Shown here: piece by piece, positions 41,870 through 51,427 of the stretch
Layout: the number at the start of each line of letters is the position of its first letter
How positions within the stretch are numbered: position 1 is the first letter of the stretch
Assembly: GCA_035536935.1 (NCBI GenBank)
Contig: DATLNC010000143.1
Coordinates: 2,240 to 66,239 of the forward strand
Origin: Thermoanaerobaculia bacterium
GTDB lineage: Bacteria > Acidobacteriota > Thermoanaerobaculia > Multivoradales > UBA5704
Length of the DNA: 64,000 nucleotides
Direction: 5' to 3'
Translations under genes and position numbers: made by a program
Notes under the pieces: model-generated
Seen by the model: the letters and a program-made list of their open reading frames with translations, nothing else
Told to the model about the DNA's origin: nothing
Database searches by the model: none

Positions 41870-44167
41870 ATGTCTACGATGCGCGAGGCAGGGAAATCCT
41901 TCGCCGGAGCGTTGCTTCTGGTCCTGGCGCTCGCCGGGACGGCGTATGCATCGTGGCTCGGCCGCCCTCTGGACGGCGTGCTGCGCGAGCTGCAGTCGCG
42001 AGGGCTCAGGATCGTCTTCACCAGCCAGCTCGTGCGGCCGGAGATGGAGGTTGAGGCCGAGCCTGTCTCCGGCGACCCGCGGCGCATCCTCGACGAAATC
42101 CTTGCCCCGCATGGCCTGAAGGCCGAGGAGAGCGTGGGCGGCACGCTCGTGATCGTGCGCGCGCCAAAACAGCTCTCCCCCTCGACGGACGAGCCCGAGC
42201 CGCTTCCCATGCCTTACATCCACGACGAGATCGTGGTGCGCTCGAGCGAGCTGTCGCTGCTCGACGAGCAGCCGGTGGCGCCTTTGTCCCTCTCGCGCGG
42301 CGACATCGAAACCCTGCCCCACCTGGCGGGGGACCTGTTCCGCGCCCTTTCGCTCCTGCCCGGAGCAGCCGCCAACGACATCACCGCTCAGTTCCAGATT
42401 CATGGCGGGCGGCGCGACGAGGTCCTGATCCTCCTCGACGGGCAGGAGCTGTACGAGGCGTACCACCTCCAGGAATTCGACCGGGCGATCAGCGTCGTCG
42501 AAGCCGGCTCGCTGAGCGGCGCCAGCCTCTCGACCGGCGCCTTCCCGGCCAGCCATGGCGACCGCATGAGCGGCGTCCTCGACATGACCACCGACGTGCC
42601 TGCAGGTCCTCGCCAGACACGCTTGAGCCTGAGCCTCATCACGGCTCTCGCCGCGAGCGGCGGCTCCTTCGATGGGGACCGCGGGTCGTGGCTGGCTTCC
42701 GCGCGCCGCGGCTCCATCGACCTGGCGAGCCGGTTCCTGGGGCACGAGGACCCCGCCTTCTGGGACCTCTTCGGCAAGGTCGGCTATCGCTTCGGCGACC
42801 GCAACAGCCTCCGCGCCCACCTCCTTCACGCCGGCGATGCAATGAATTTCGAGGACGCCGTGGGCGGCGAACAGAAACGTTTCAATACCGACTACGACAC
42901 GTCATACCTGTGGCTGACGCATCAGGCCGCGCTCGGCGACCGGCTGCTGGTCGAGACCACCGCCTCCGCGACCGAGCTCAGCCGCGACCGCCTCGGTGCC
43001 GAGGACGAGGAGGAGCAGAGCTTCGAGATCGTCGACCGCCGGGACATGGACGTCCTGTCGCTGGGCCAGTCCTGGAACATCCAGGCGACGGAGCACACGC
43101 TCAAGGGAGGATTCGAGGCGCGGCGCTACGAGGCGATGTACGACTACTTCAGCCGCCTCGATCCCGACTTCGCGCTGTTCCCCGATCTGGGCGAGCCCCG
43201 CGCCGGCCTGACCCGCTTCAGGAAAAGCTTCAGCGGCGACCACCTCGGCGCCTATGTGACCGATCAGTTTTCACCGCGCGAGCCGTTGACGGTCGAGCTG
43301 GGCCTGCGCTACGACCGCCACACGCTCACCGGGGACACCCTGGCCAGCCCGCGGGTCAGCCTCGCATGGCGCCTGGGAGACAACGGCGTCGTGCGCGCCT
43401 CGTGGGGGCACTTCCACCAGAGCCAGCGCCCGTACGAGCTGCAGGTGGAGGACGGCGAGACCCGCTTCTCTCCGGCCGAGCGCTCCGAGCATCGGGTGCT
43501 CGGTTATGAGCGTGTGATCGGCCAAGGCTTCCTGCGCGCCCTGCGCGTCGAGGCCTACCAGCGGGAGATCCGCGACCCCAGGCCGCGCCATGAAAACATT
43601 TTCGAGCCGGTCAACCCCTTTCCCGAAGCCGAGGCCGACCGGTTCCGCATCTCTCCCGAGAGCAGCCGCGCCGAAGGGATCGAGCTGATGCTTCGGGGAG
43701 CCGTGGGCCCCCGGACCAACTGGTGGGTCAACTACGCCCTGGCCTCGACCGAGGACCAGATCCGCGGCGCGGAGATCCGGCGCCAGACGGATCAGCCCCA
43801 CACGTTCAACCTGTACGCGGACACGCTCCTTGGGAAAAACTGGAGCCTGAGCGCGGCGTGGCGCTATCACACGGGCTGGCCGACCACCCGGGTGTTCGCG
43901 GAAACGGATGAGGACGGAGAGCTGGTTCCCATGCTCGGAAAGCTCAACGGCGAGCGGCTCCCGAGCTACCACCGGCTCGATCTGCGGGCGAGCCGCGACT
44001 GGCAGCTCCGCTCCAGCCGGCTCACCTTCTTCGTCGACCTGCAAAACGTTTACAACCGCAAGAACATCGCCGGCTTCGACCTGGAAGTCGACGAGGATGC
44101 GATCGTCGCCCAGCCGGAGACGTGGCCCGGCTTCTTCCCTTCGATCGGGATCAGTTGGGAGCTTTGA
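41870..44167 (+). CDS. TonB-dependent receptor with N-terminal STN signalling domain
   Basis: It has an STN-like region (LDGVLRELQSRGLRIVFTSQLV...GTLVIV), a plug (IVVRSS...GDIETLP...LPG) and a beta-barrel. The start is ambiguous (ATG 41870 or 41879; the track gives TTG 41840). The 3' end overlaps the convergent fecR-like gene by 17 nt. Confidence 0.85.
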   Translation: MSTMREAGKSFAGALLLVLALAGTAYASWLGRPLDGVLRELQSRGLRIVFTSQLVRPEMEVEAEPVSGDPRRILDEILAPHGLKAEESVGGTLVIVRAPKQLSPSTDEPEPLPMPYIHDEIVVRSSELSLLDEQPVAPLSLSRGDIETLPHLAGDLFRALSLLPGAAANDITAQFQIHGGRRDEVLILLDGQELYEAYHLQEFDRAISVVEAGSLSGASLSTGAFPASHGDRMSGVLDMTTDVPAGPRQTRLSLSLITALAASGGSFDGDRGSWLASARRGSIDLASRFLGHEDPAFWDLFGKVGYRFGDRNSLRAHLLHAGDAMNFEDAVGGEQKRFNTDYDTSYLWLTHQAALGDRLLVETTASATELSRDRLGAEDEEEQSFEIVDRRDMDVLSLGQSWNIQATEHTLKGGFEARRYEAMYDYFSRLDPDFALFPDLGEPRAGLTRFRKSFSGDHLGAYVTDQFSPREPLTVELGLRYDRHTLTGDTLASPRVSLAWRLGDNGVVRASWGHFHQSQRPYELQVEDGETRFSPAERSEHRVLGYERVIGQGFLRALRVEAYQREIRDPRPRHENIFEPVNPFPEAEADRFRISPESSRAEGIELMLRGAVGPRTNWWVNYALASTEDQIRGAEIRRQTDQPHTFNLYADTLLGKNWSLSAAWRYHTGWPTTRVFAETDEDGELVPMLGKLNGERLPSYHRLDLRASRDWQLRSSRLTFFVDLQNVYNRKNIAGFDLEVDEDAIVAQPETWPGFFPSIGISWEL

Positions 44168-45032
44168 GGATCAGGACGCCGTCGACGACCCGGTGATCGA
44201 GCCCGGCCCCCGGCAGGACGACTTCCAACGCCTGGTCCGGCGCGAGATGGCCGACGTCGCCGTGCACAACGATCTCGCCCGCGGAGGCCGCCACGCGGGG
44301 GTCCTCGTAGCGGACTGTCCAACCGGTCTCCCGGACGACCCGTTTCAGAACCTCTTCGAGCGTCATCCCCTCGATTGGAACAGGCGGAGCCGCTTTCAGG
44401 ACCCAGTTCCACGGCGGGCCATAGGAGGCGATATGGCTCCGGGTCACCGAGCCGTCGGCTTGCAGGGTCAGCTCCGTCCCCGCCTCTACCCGGTGCGATG
44501 CAACGCCTACCGCTCCCTCGCGGACCCGGACGCGCACAGCCGATCCGAGCAGCCGGACTTCGAACTGCGTCCCCAACTCTGTCACCGTCCCGAGTGGAGT
44601 ATGGACCGCGACCGTACCAGTCCCCTGGGAGTCCAGGTAGACCGCGCCGCGCTCGAGCCGCACTTCGGACGCCGAGATCAGGCGAACAAGGCTGCCGGCG
44701 TCGAGGCGGAGAGAAGGTCCGCCCTCCAGCCGAACTGCCGCCGGAGCCTCGTGGGCCTCCAGCTTGGCGCCCGCAATGATCGTTTCTCCTGAGGTCTCGA
44801 CGCGCGCCACCGGCCCCGAAGACGCCGGCCAAAGCCACCAGCCGAGTCCGATCATGAGGAGGACCGAGGCCGCGAGCAGCCACAGCCGCCGATCGGGAGA
44901 GCGGCGCTGCCGGACGTGCTCCTGCCACTCGGCGCGGAAGGCCGCCTTGATCCTGGCCATGTCTTCAGGCGGGACCTCTGGACGAGGACCGGCCTCTTCC
45001 AGAAGATGCCGCACCTGTTCCTCCTCGCTCAC
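44151..45032 (-). CDS. FecR-family anti-sigma factor / signal transducer
   Basis: GTG 45032 lies 8 nt downstream of an AAGGAGG SD and overlaps the sigma-factor stop (GTGA). It has one TM helix (LWLLAASVLLMIGLGWWLW) and a FecR-like periplasmic beta domain. Confidence 0.82.
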   Translation of the reverse strand: MSEEEQVRHLLEEAGPRPEVPPEDMARIKAAFRAEWQEHVRQRRSPDRRLWLLAASVLLMIGLGWWLWPASSGPVARVETSGETIIAGAKLEAHEAPAAVRLEGGPSLRLDAGSLVRLISASEVRLERGAVYLDSQGTGTVAVHTPLGTVTELGTQFEVRLLGSAVRVRVREGAVGVASHRVEAGTELTLQADGSVTRSHIASYGPPWNWVLKAAPPVPIEGMTLEEVLKRVVRETGWTVRYEDPRVAASAGEIVVHGDVGHLAPDQALEVVLPGAGLDHRVVDGVLILKAPN

Positions 45033-45649
45033 GGTTCCAACCTCCTTTTCGGTCCGAGCCTCACCTGCTCGTATCCTTCCCGAAACGCCTGCCGCGACCG
45101 GGTGAGCAGCGATTCGGCCGCCTTCGCTCCCACCCGGAGGCGCTCGGCGATCTCCTTGACGGAAACCCGCTCGACATACTTCCACTCCAGGGCGCGGGCG
45201 TAGCGCGGAGGGAGGAGGTCGAGGGCGGCGTGAACGAGCCGGACTTCCTCCTTGCGCGCCAGGGCTCCCTCCGGCGGGTCCCTGTCGGAGGCGATGTCCT
45301 CCTCCAGCTCGACCACTCTCGGCTGCCGCTTCTTCGATCGAAAACCCATCCGGATCTCATTGCGGCAGCAAGCGCAGAGCCATCCGAGCAGAGGCGCCTC
45401 GCCGCGGAAGGTCCCCAGCTTCGCGAGTGCCTTGCACACCGTGGTCTGCACGACCTCGCGGGCGAGCTCGGTGTCACCACCAAGGCGCGACAAGGCGAAG
45501 CGGTAGAGGCCGGGGAAGTACTCGTCCGCGAACTCCTCCATCGCCGCCTCGTCGCCGGCGAGCATGCGCTCGACCAGGGCCTTCTCTTCGAGCCTCAGGT
45601 CAGAATCGGAAACCGATTCCGAGATGCCCGCCGAGGGCAAGATAGTCAT
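45029..45649 (-). CDS. ECF (sigma-70 family) RNA polymerase sigma factor
   Basis: Region 2 is LVERMLAGDEAAMEEFADEYFPGLYRFAL. Region 4 is LPPRYARALEWKYVERVSVKEIAERL. The annotated start overlaps the upstream OMP gene by 50 nt, so the exact start is uncertain. Confidence 0.88.
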   Translation of the reverse strand: MTILPSAGISESVSDSDLRLEEKALVERMLAGDEAAMEEFADEYFPGLYRFALSRLGGDTELAREVVQTTVCKALAKLGTFRGEAPLLGWLCACCRNEIRMGFRSKKRQPRVVELEEDIASDRDPPEGALARKEEVRLVHAALDLLPPRYARALEWKYVERVSVKEIAERLRVGAKAAESLLTRSRQAFREGYEQVRLGPKRRLEP

Positions 45650-46229
45650 CCACGGCCCCCTTGACGCCGGAAACCCGGTCCGTCAGCTTCCAGTCGGCGA
45701 AATGCTGGTCGGCCCGGAGGGCAAACTCGAAGAACCATCGCTCGCCGAGTCTACGGTGAAGGCCGCCGAGGAGAGAAACGATGGACTCGGAACCCGCATC
45801 CGTGCTGATGTCGAACGTGCCTCCGCCGGCCAGGGGACCCGCCGCATCCGGTACGTCGATCGAGGCGAAGCCGAGCCCCGCTCCCCAGAACCAGTCCAGG
45901 CGGCCTCCCGGGCGCGGGTAGGTGCGCTCGATCCAGGCACTGAGGACCGTGGCCTCCGCCAGCACGTCCACGGGATCGACGCCAGGGTCCTGGCGCAGAC
46001 CCACGAAGAGCGCCGGCTCCTCGAAGTCGTACTCCGTCTGATCGACCGCGAAGCCGAGCGACCATCTATCGCTCATCCGCCAGTGCCCGAACACCCCGTA
46101 ACCGGGGATGTCGTTGGCCGGCTCGCCGTCGGAAGCCGTAATGATCCCCCTTACGCCGAGGTCGTGAGCCAAGACCGGGGATTGGAGGAAAACCAGGACC
46201 ACCGCTCCGGCAAGACAGATCGTTCTCAT
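45600..46229 (-). CDS. outer-membrane beta-barrel protein (OmpW/OmpA-beta-barrel-like)
   Basis: 209 aa from ATG 46229 (MRTICLAGAVVLVFLQSPVLA signal). Alternating beta-strand pattern with a C-terminal GIGFRF. The upstream part of ORF 45600..46868 was rejected as a high-GC extension. Confidence 0.78.
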   Translation of the reverse strand: MRTICLAGAVVLVFLQSPVLAHDLGVRGIITASDGEPANDIPGYGVFGHWRMSDRWSLGFAVDQTEYDFEEPALFVGLRQDPGVDPVDVLAEATVLSAWIERTYPRPGGRLDWFWGAGLGFASIDVPDAAGPLAGGGTFDISTDAGSESIVSLLGGLHRRLGERWFFEFALRADQHFADWKLTDRVSGVKGAVDDYLALGGHLGIGFRF

Positions 46230-46325
46230 CTCGTCTCCTTTCTCGCCTTCCTGAGCGGATAGATGCCTGCCTCGCGGAAATCCTTCGCAGTATTGCCTTC
46301 GGAGGCTGATACCATCGCCGGACCC

Positions 46326-47105
46326 ATGCTGCGCACCGTCTTCGCCACCCGCTACGTCACTCCCCTCCGCGAATGCGGCTCCCTGCCCGCCATCGTGGAG
46401 GCGGATGACCTGGGCCTCTACGTGCTCAAGTTCCGGGGCGCGGGGCAAGGCGCCCGCGCCTTGGTCTCCGAGCTGATTGCCGGCGAGATCGGCCGGGAGC
46501 TGGGGCTGAAGGTGCCGGAGTTGGTGCTGGTGGAGGTGGACTCGGCGCTCGGGCGCAACGAGCCCGACTGGGAGATCCGCGATCTGCTCAAGGGCAGCGT
46601 GGGGCTGAACCTGGCGCTCGACTATCTCCCGGGCTCCGTCATGTTCGACCCCGCCGCCAAGGATGTGGTGGACGCCGACCTGGCCTCGCAGGCCGTCTGG
46701 TTCGATGCCTTTGTCACCAATGTCGACCGGACCCCGCGCAACCCGAACCTTCTGTACTGGCACAGGACGCTCTACTTCATCGATCACGGCGCGGCGCTCT
46801 ATTTCCATCACAACTGGCAGAACGTGGAGCAGGCGGCGCGGAGCCCGTTCGCCGCGATCCGCGATCACGTGCTGCTGCCCTGGGCGGACCGCATCCGGGA
46901 GGCCGACGCCCTGCTGCGTCCGCGGCTCACGGAGGCGGTGTTCGAGCGCGTGCTCGCGATGGTCCCGGACGATTGGCTGCTGCCCGAGCCTGGGATCTCG
47001 ACTCCATCCGAAAAGCGGGCGGCCTACGTGACCTGGCTGATGCAGAGGCTCGAAGCCGCTCCCCTTTTCCTCGAGGAGGCCGTGCGTGCCCGCGCCCAGC
47101 TTTGA
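46326..47105 (+). CDS. HipA-like (PI3/4-kinase-fold) putative kinase
   Basis: The start MLRTVFATRYVTPLRECGSLPAIVEADD at ATG 46326 is preferred to 46263. Catalytic-loop-like FVTNVDRTPRNPNLL and FIDHG are present. It overlaps the downstream DUF3037 gene by 20 nt. Confidence 0.75.
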   Translation: MLRTVFATRYVTPLRECGSLPAIVEADDLGLYVLKFRGAGQGARALVSELIAGEIGRELGLKVPELVLVEVDSALGRNEPDWEIRDLLKGSVGLNLALDYLPGSVMFDPAAKDVVDADLASQAVWFDAFVTNVDRTPRNPNLLYWHRTLYFIDHGAALYFHHNWQNVEQAARSPFAAIRDHVLLPWADRIREADALLRPRLTEAVFERVLAMVPDDWLLPEPGISTPSEKRAAYVTWLMQRLEAAPLFLEEAVRARAQL

Positions 47106-47514
47106 CTATGCCGTGATCCGGGTGGTGCCTCGGGTGGACCGCGAGGAGTTCCTCAACGCCGGGGTCATCCTCTTCTGCCTTCAGAAAGATTTTCTCGCGG
47201 CGCGCGTCGAAGTGGACGAGGCGCGCCTGCGCGCGCTCTGGCCCGAGGTGGACGTGGATCTCATCCGGCAGCACCTGGAGACCATCCCGCGCATCTGCGC
47301 CGGAGATGCGGACGCCGGCCCTATCGCCAGGCTCTCGATCCGGGAGCGCTTCCACTGGCTCGTGTCCCCGCGGAGCACGATGATCCAGGTCTCACCCGTC
47401 CACACCGGTCTGTGCGAGCACCCCGAGCGCGCCCTCGACGATCTCTTCCAGCGGATGGTTCAGTTGGCGGGACCTCTGGCGGGAAAGACCGCCCCTTCGC
47501 GTATCCCTTCATGA
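47086..47514 (+). CDS. DUF3037-family protein
   Basis: GTG 47086 lies 6 nt downstream of a GAGGAGG SD. The N-terminus FDYAVIRVVPRVDREEFLNAGVILF is typical of DUF3037. 142 aa. Confidence 0.8.
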   Translation: MPAPSFDYAVIRVVPRVDREEFLNAGVILFCLQKDFLAARVEVDEARLRALWPEVDVDLIRQHLETIPRICAGDADAGPIARLSIRERFHWLVSPRSTMIQVSPVHTGLCEHPERALDDLFQRMVQLAGPLAGKTAPSRIPS

Positions 47515-47556
47515 CGAACGTTGTACAAACCTTTACGTCAAGAAAGGACGCGAGTC

Positions 47557-47619
47557 ATGAATAGCAAGAGCCGCATCATCAGCAATCACAACCAGACACT
47601 GGTCCGCAAGGCCGGCTGA
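47557..47619 (+). CDS. possible 20-aa micro-ORF (MNSKSRIISNHNQTLVRKAG)
   Basis: ATG 47557 lies 9 nt downstream of GAAAGGA, in a lower-G+C spacer after the DUF3037 gene. No other support. Confidence 0.15.
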   Translation: MNSKSRIISNHNQTLVRKAG

Positions 47620-47661
47620 GACTCTTCCTACGGAGGGTTCTGGCGCGTTCAGCTCACGGTA

Positions 47662-49773
47662 TCAGCTTACGGATAGCCACTGCACAGGGCCGGCGATGAG
47701 GTTGCCCGCGGCCACGCTCTCGAGAGGGCCCGCGAAGAAATAACCCTGGCCGTATTGACAGGAAAGGCCGCGCACCCGGGAGACCTGGTCCGCGGTCTCC
47801 AACCCCTCTGCCGCGACGCTCATGCCGAGCGTGCGCGCGAGCGTCACGATCGTGCTGACGATCTCGGCCCGCTCATCCCGTCCCTGCATGCCGCTGATGA
47901 AAGAGCGGTCGATCTTCAAGGTGTCCATCGGCAGCCGGTGCAGATAGCTGAGCGAGGAGTAGCCGGTCCCGAAGTCGTCGATGTGGAGCTGGATGTTCAG
48001 CTCGCGCAGCTCCAGGAGCTTGGCCACGGCTTCGCTGGCATGCTCCATGATCGTGCTCTCCGTGATCTCCAGGCGCAGGCTGCAGGGCTCGACCCGGGTC
48101 TCCTGCAGGATCCACCGCACCCGCTTGACCAGGTCGGCCTGGAGGAACTGCTTGCAGGACAGGTTCACGCTGATCGAGAGCGGATGGGCGAACGGATAGA
48201 GCGACTGCCACTCGCCGAGCTGGCGGCAGGCCTGCTGCAGCACCCACCAGCCCATCGGCACGATCAGGCCGGTCTCTTCCGCCACCGGGATGAACTGGTC
48301 GGGATGGAGGAGGCCGCGCCGCGGATGGTTCCAGCGCACCAGCGCCTCGAACGCGTCGATCCGGCCGTTGGCAAGCGAGATGATCGGCTGGTAGAACAGC
48401 TCGAACTCGTCGCGCTCGATCGCCCGGCGCAGGTCGTTCTCGAGCGCCAGGACGGCGACCGCGTTGGCGTGCATCTCGCGGTCGAAGACGGCGTGCCTCG
48501 CCTTGCCGGACGCCTTGGCCCGGTACATGGCGGTGTCCGCGTCGCGCAGCACCTCTTCCGGATGCTCGTAACCGCCCCGGGAGCTGAGGGTGATCCCCAG
48601 GCTGGCACTGGTGAACACCTCGTGGCCGCCGAGGTTGAAGGGGAGCGCCAGCTCGCGGTGGATCCGATGCGCCACGCGCGTCGCCTGGGTGGCGCCGGCG
48701 ACGTCGTCGAGCAGGATCGCGAACTCGTCGCCGCCGAGGCGGGCGACCGTGTCGCCGGGGCGCAGCAGCAGCTCCAGGCGCTTGGCCAGGGCGACCAGAA
48801 GCGCGTCTCCGGCGCTGTGGCCCAGGCTGTCGTTGATGTTCTTGAACCGGTCGAGGTCGAGGAAGAAGACGGCGAACATGTAATCGGTCCGCCGCCAGGT
48901 GTGAGCGATCGCGAGGCCGAGCCTGTCCAGGAAGAGCGCGCGGTTGGGCAGGCCCGTCAGGGTGTCGTGGAGGGCGTTGTGCTGCAGCCGCTCCTCGGCC
49001 GCCTTGCGGGTGGTGATGTCCGACTGCGAGCCCGCCATGCGGTAGGCCTGGCCGGTCCTGTCCCGCACCGCGATGCCCCGGTTCTGCACCCAGCGGTAGT
49101 TGCCGTCCTGCTGCCGGATGCGGTGCTCGCTCTCGAAATGCGGCGTGCGGCCCTCCAGATGGGCGGCGAGGGCGCCGCGCACAGCCAGGATGTCTTCGGG
49201 ATGAATCCGGCCGAGCCACTCCTCGGGATCCTCGCGGACCTCCTCGTCATGGAGCCCGAGCATGGCCTTCCAGCGCGGTGAAAAGTAGATCTGCCCGGTC
49301 GAGAGGCGCCAGTCCCATAGCCCGTCGTTGGCCCCGCGGACCGCCAGGGCGTAGCGCTCCTCGCTCTCCCGCAGCTCCTCTTCGGCCTGCTTGCGCCCGA
49401 TGGCATAGCGGATCGAGCGCACCAGGAGATCGCGTTCGACCTGGCGCTTGATCAGGTAGTCCTGCGCCCCTTCGCGCACCGCCCGGACGGCCAGCTCCTC
49501 GTCCTCGATGCCGGTCAGCAGGATGACGGGGACCTTCGGCGCCCGGTCCTGGATGCGGGCCAGCGAATCGAGCTCGGGGCCGCGGCTGTCCGGCAGCGTC
49601 ACGTCGAGCAGGATGACCTCGATCTCGTGGCCGGTCTCGAGACAGTCCAGGGCTTTGGCGACCCGGTCGACCGTGGTGAGATGGAAGCCGCCTCCGCCCA
49701 GGAGCCGGCGCAGTAGCATGGCATCGCCGTGGTTGTCCTCCACGACCAGGACCCGGATTACCCTGTCGCTCAT
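47662..49773 (-). CDS. response regulator receiver - PAS - GGDEF - EAL protein (c-di-GMP turnover)
   Basis: REC ([10 protein letters not shown]...LLDVTLPD), PAS ([16 protein letters not shown]), GGDEF ([10 protein letters not shown]) and EAL ([10 protein letters not shown] ... DDFGTGYSS). ATG 49773 is preferred to TTG 49797. Confidence 0.93.
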   Translation of the reverse strand: MSDRVIRVLVVEDNHGDAMLLRRLLGGGGFHLTTVDRVAKALDCLETGHEIEVILLDVTLPDSRGPELDSLARIQDRAPKVPVILLTGIEDEELAVRAVREGAQDYLIKRQVERDLLVRSIRYAIGRKQAEEELRESEERYALAVRGANDGLWDWRLSTGQIYFSPRWKAMLGLHDEEVREDPEEWLGRIHPEDILAVRGALAAHLEGRTPHFESEHRIRQQDGNYRWVQNRGIAVRDRTGQAYRMAGSQSDITTRKAAEERLQHNALHDTLTGLPNRALFLDRLGLAIAHTWRRTDYMFAVFFLDLDRFKNINDSLGHSAGDALLVALAKRLELLLRPGDTVARLGGDEFAILLDDVAGATQATRVAHRIHRELALPFNLGGHEVFTSASLGITLSSRGGYEHPEEVLRDADTAMYRAKASGKARHAVFDREMHANAVAVLALENDLRRAIERDEFELFYQPIISLANGRIDAFEALVRWNHPRRGLLHPDQFIPVAEETGLIVPMGWWVLQQACRQLGEWQSLYPFAHPLSISVNLSCKQFLQADLVKRVRWILQETRVEPCSLRLEITESTIMEHASEAVAKLLELRELNIQLHIDDFGTGYSSLSYLHRLPMDTLKIDRSFISGMQGRDERAEIVSTIVTLARTLGMSVAAEGLETADQVSRVRGLSCQYGQGYFFAGPLESVAAGNLIAGPVQWLSVS

Positions 49774-49845
49774 CCTCGAAGCTCCGGTGGACTGCAATTT
49801 ATCTCCGAACAGCGGGGGGATTTTACTTTATGTTGCATTGAAAGG

Positions 49846-50946
49846 TCAATTTTCCGCGGGAAAGGTGAAGAAGAACGTCGAGCCCTGCCCTGGTTGCGAT
49901 TCGACCCAGATGCGCCCGCCGTGCCGCTCCACGATCTTGCGGCAGAGGGCGAGGCCGACGCCGCTTCCCGGCACTTCCGGACGGAGGCGCGCGAACAGGG
50001 CGAAGATCGTCTGCGCGTCCTCGGGGGCCATGCCGACGCCGTTGTCCTGCACGGCGAAGACCCATTCCCCGCGCATCCGGGTGGCCGAGAGGTGGACCCG
50101 GGGAGGATCGCCGCCGCCGAACTTCAAGGCGTTGCCGAGCAGGTTGCGCAGCAGCTGGACGATCTGCCCGGGGTCGGCCTCGATCGCCGGCAGGGAATCA
50201 TGAGTGATTCGGGCGCCGCTCTCCGCGATCGACGGCCCGAGGTCCGCCAGCGCCCGCTGCAGCAGATCCGCGCTTTCGACCCGCTGGAACGGCTTGCCCG
50301 AGCCATCCAGGCGCGAGAAGGCGAGCAGGCCGTCGATCAGGTCCTGGAGCCGCCGCGCGCCTTCATGGGCGAATCCGAGGAGCTCGTCGGCCGGGCCGTC
50401 GAGCCGGCCCTTGTAGTCCTCGGCCAGGATGCGGGTGTACCGCTCGACCATCCGGACCGGCTCCTGCAGCTCGTGCGCGGCCATCGCGGCAAGCTGCTGG
50501 AAGTCGGAGTCGGCGCTGGAGTGCTTCGGAGGTTCTTCGGCGGGAGGCGTCCGGGAGCGGGCCTGCTCGAGAGTCCCGAGGACGGCCAGCGACAGGTTGA
50601 CGAAGCCGCCCGGGCTCTTGAGCAGGAAGTCGTCGGCCCCCAGCTTCGCCGCCCGCACTCCGAGCTCCTCCCCGCCGCGGTCCGTGAGCAGGATCACCGG
50701 CTGGGCCGGCCAGCGCCCCTTGAGGGCATGGAGCACCGCCAGCCCGTCGGCCCAGGACAATCGGGGATCGAGGATCACCAGCTCGAAATCGGCTCTGCCG
50801 AAGGCCTCGGCGAACGACACGGCGTCGGCGATGTCCTCCAAAATGAGGTGGGGAAGCTCCTGCCTGAGCACCAACCGTACGAGAGCACGGCTGTCGGGGT
50901 CATCGTCGATAAGGAGGATGCGCGGGCCGGTCTCGGGCACGAACAC
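49846..50946 (-). CDS. hybrid protein: N-terminal receiver domain fused to histidine kinase core
   Basis: REC (RILLIDDDPDS...VILDPRLSWADG), H-box AHELQEPVR, and G-boxes DNGVGM and GVGLALC. GTG start. Confidence 0.9.
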   Translation of the reverse strand: MFVPETGPRILLIDDDPDSRALVRLVLRQELPHLILEDIADAVSFAEAFGRADFELVILDPRLSWADGLAVLHALKGRWPAQPVILLTDRGGEELGVRAAKLGADDFLLKSPGGFVNLSLAVLGTLEQARSRTPPAEEPPKHSSADSDFQQLAAMAAHELQEPVRMVERYTRILAEDYKGRLDGPADELLGFAHEGARRLQDLIDGLLAFSRLDGSGKPFQRVESADLLQRALADLGPSIAESGARITHDSLPAIEADPGQIVQLLRNLLGNALKFGGGDPPRVHLSATRMRGEWVFAVQDNGVGMAPEDAQTIFALFARLRPEVPGSGVGLALCRKIVERHGGRIWVESQPGQGSTFFFTFPAEN

Positions 50947-51070
50947 CTCAGCGTTGAGGGAACATCAGGTACCTCCTGGGACTTCGGACTTCCGGACGCG
51001 ACCCATTCTATGTGCGGAGCGCGCGGGAATGAAGAAGGAGCGCGGCTATATTTGAATAATTCTATTCGTC

Positions 51071-51427
51071 GAGAGTCTCGTCGAACGTGACGAGCCTCTC
51101 GTTGAGTTTGATGAGAGGCCGAAAAGGTCCGATGAGAAGCCGAAAAGGTCCGACGAGAGGCTCGAAAGGTTCTGCGAGGCTCTCGAAAGGTCCGACGAGA
51201 GGCTCGAAGACCTTATCGAGGCTCGCAAAGACTCTTTTGAGAGGCTCATCGAAGTTATCGAGAGGCTCGAAAGGTTCCACGAGAGGCTCGAAAGCCCTCT
51301 TGAGCCTCTGAAAAGGTTCTACGAGAGGTTCGTTGAGGTCAACGAGAGGCTGGAAAGGTCCCGCGAGCCTCTCAAAAGGTCTGACGAGAGGCTCGAAAGG
51401 TTTCGCGAGAGGCTCATTGCCGCCCCC
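51071..51427. repeat. 17 perfectly phased 21-bp degenerate tandem repeats (core GAGAGGCTC / inverted GAGCCTCTC)
   Basis: The GAG anchor occurs at 51071, 51092, 51113 and so on to 51407, every spacing exactly 21 bp. The consensus is near GACGAGAGGCTCGAAAGGTCC. Three units carry the reverse-complemented core. The last unit overlaps the HtrA stop codon. Confidence 0.9.
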
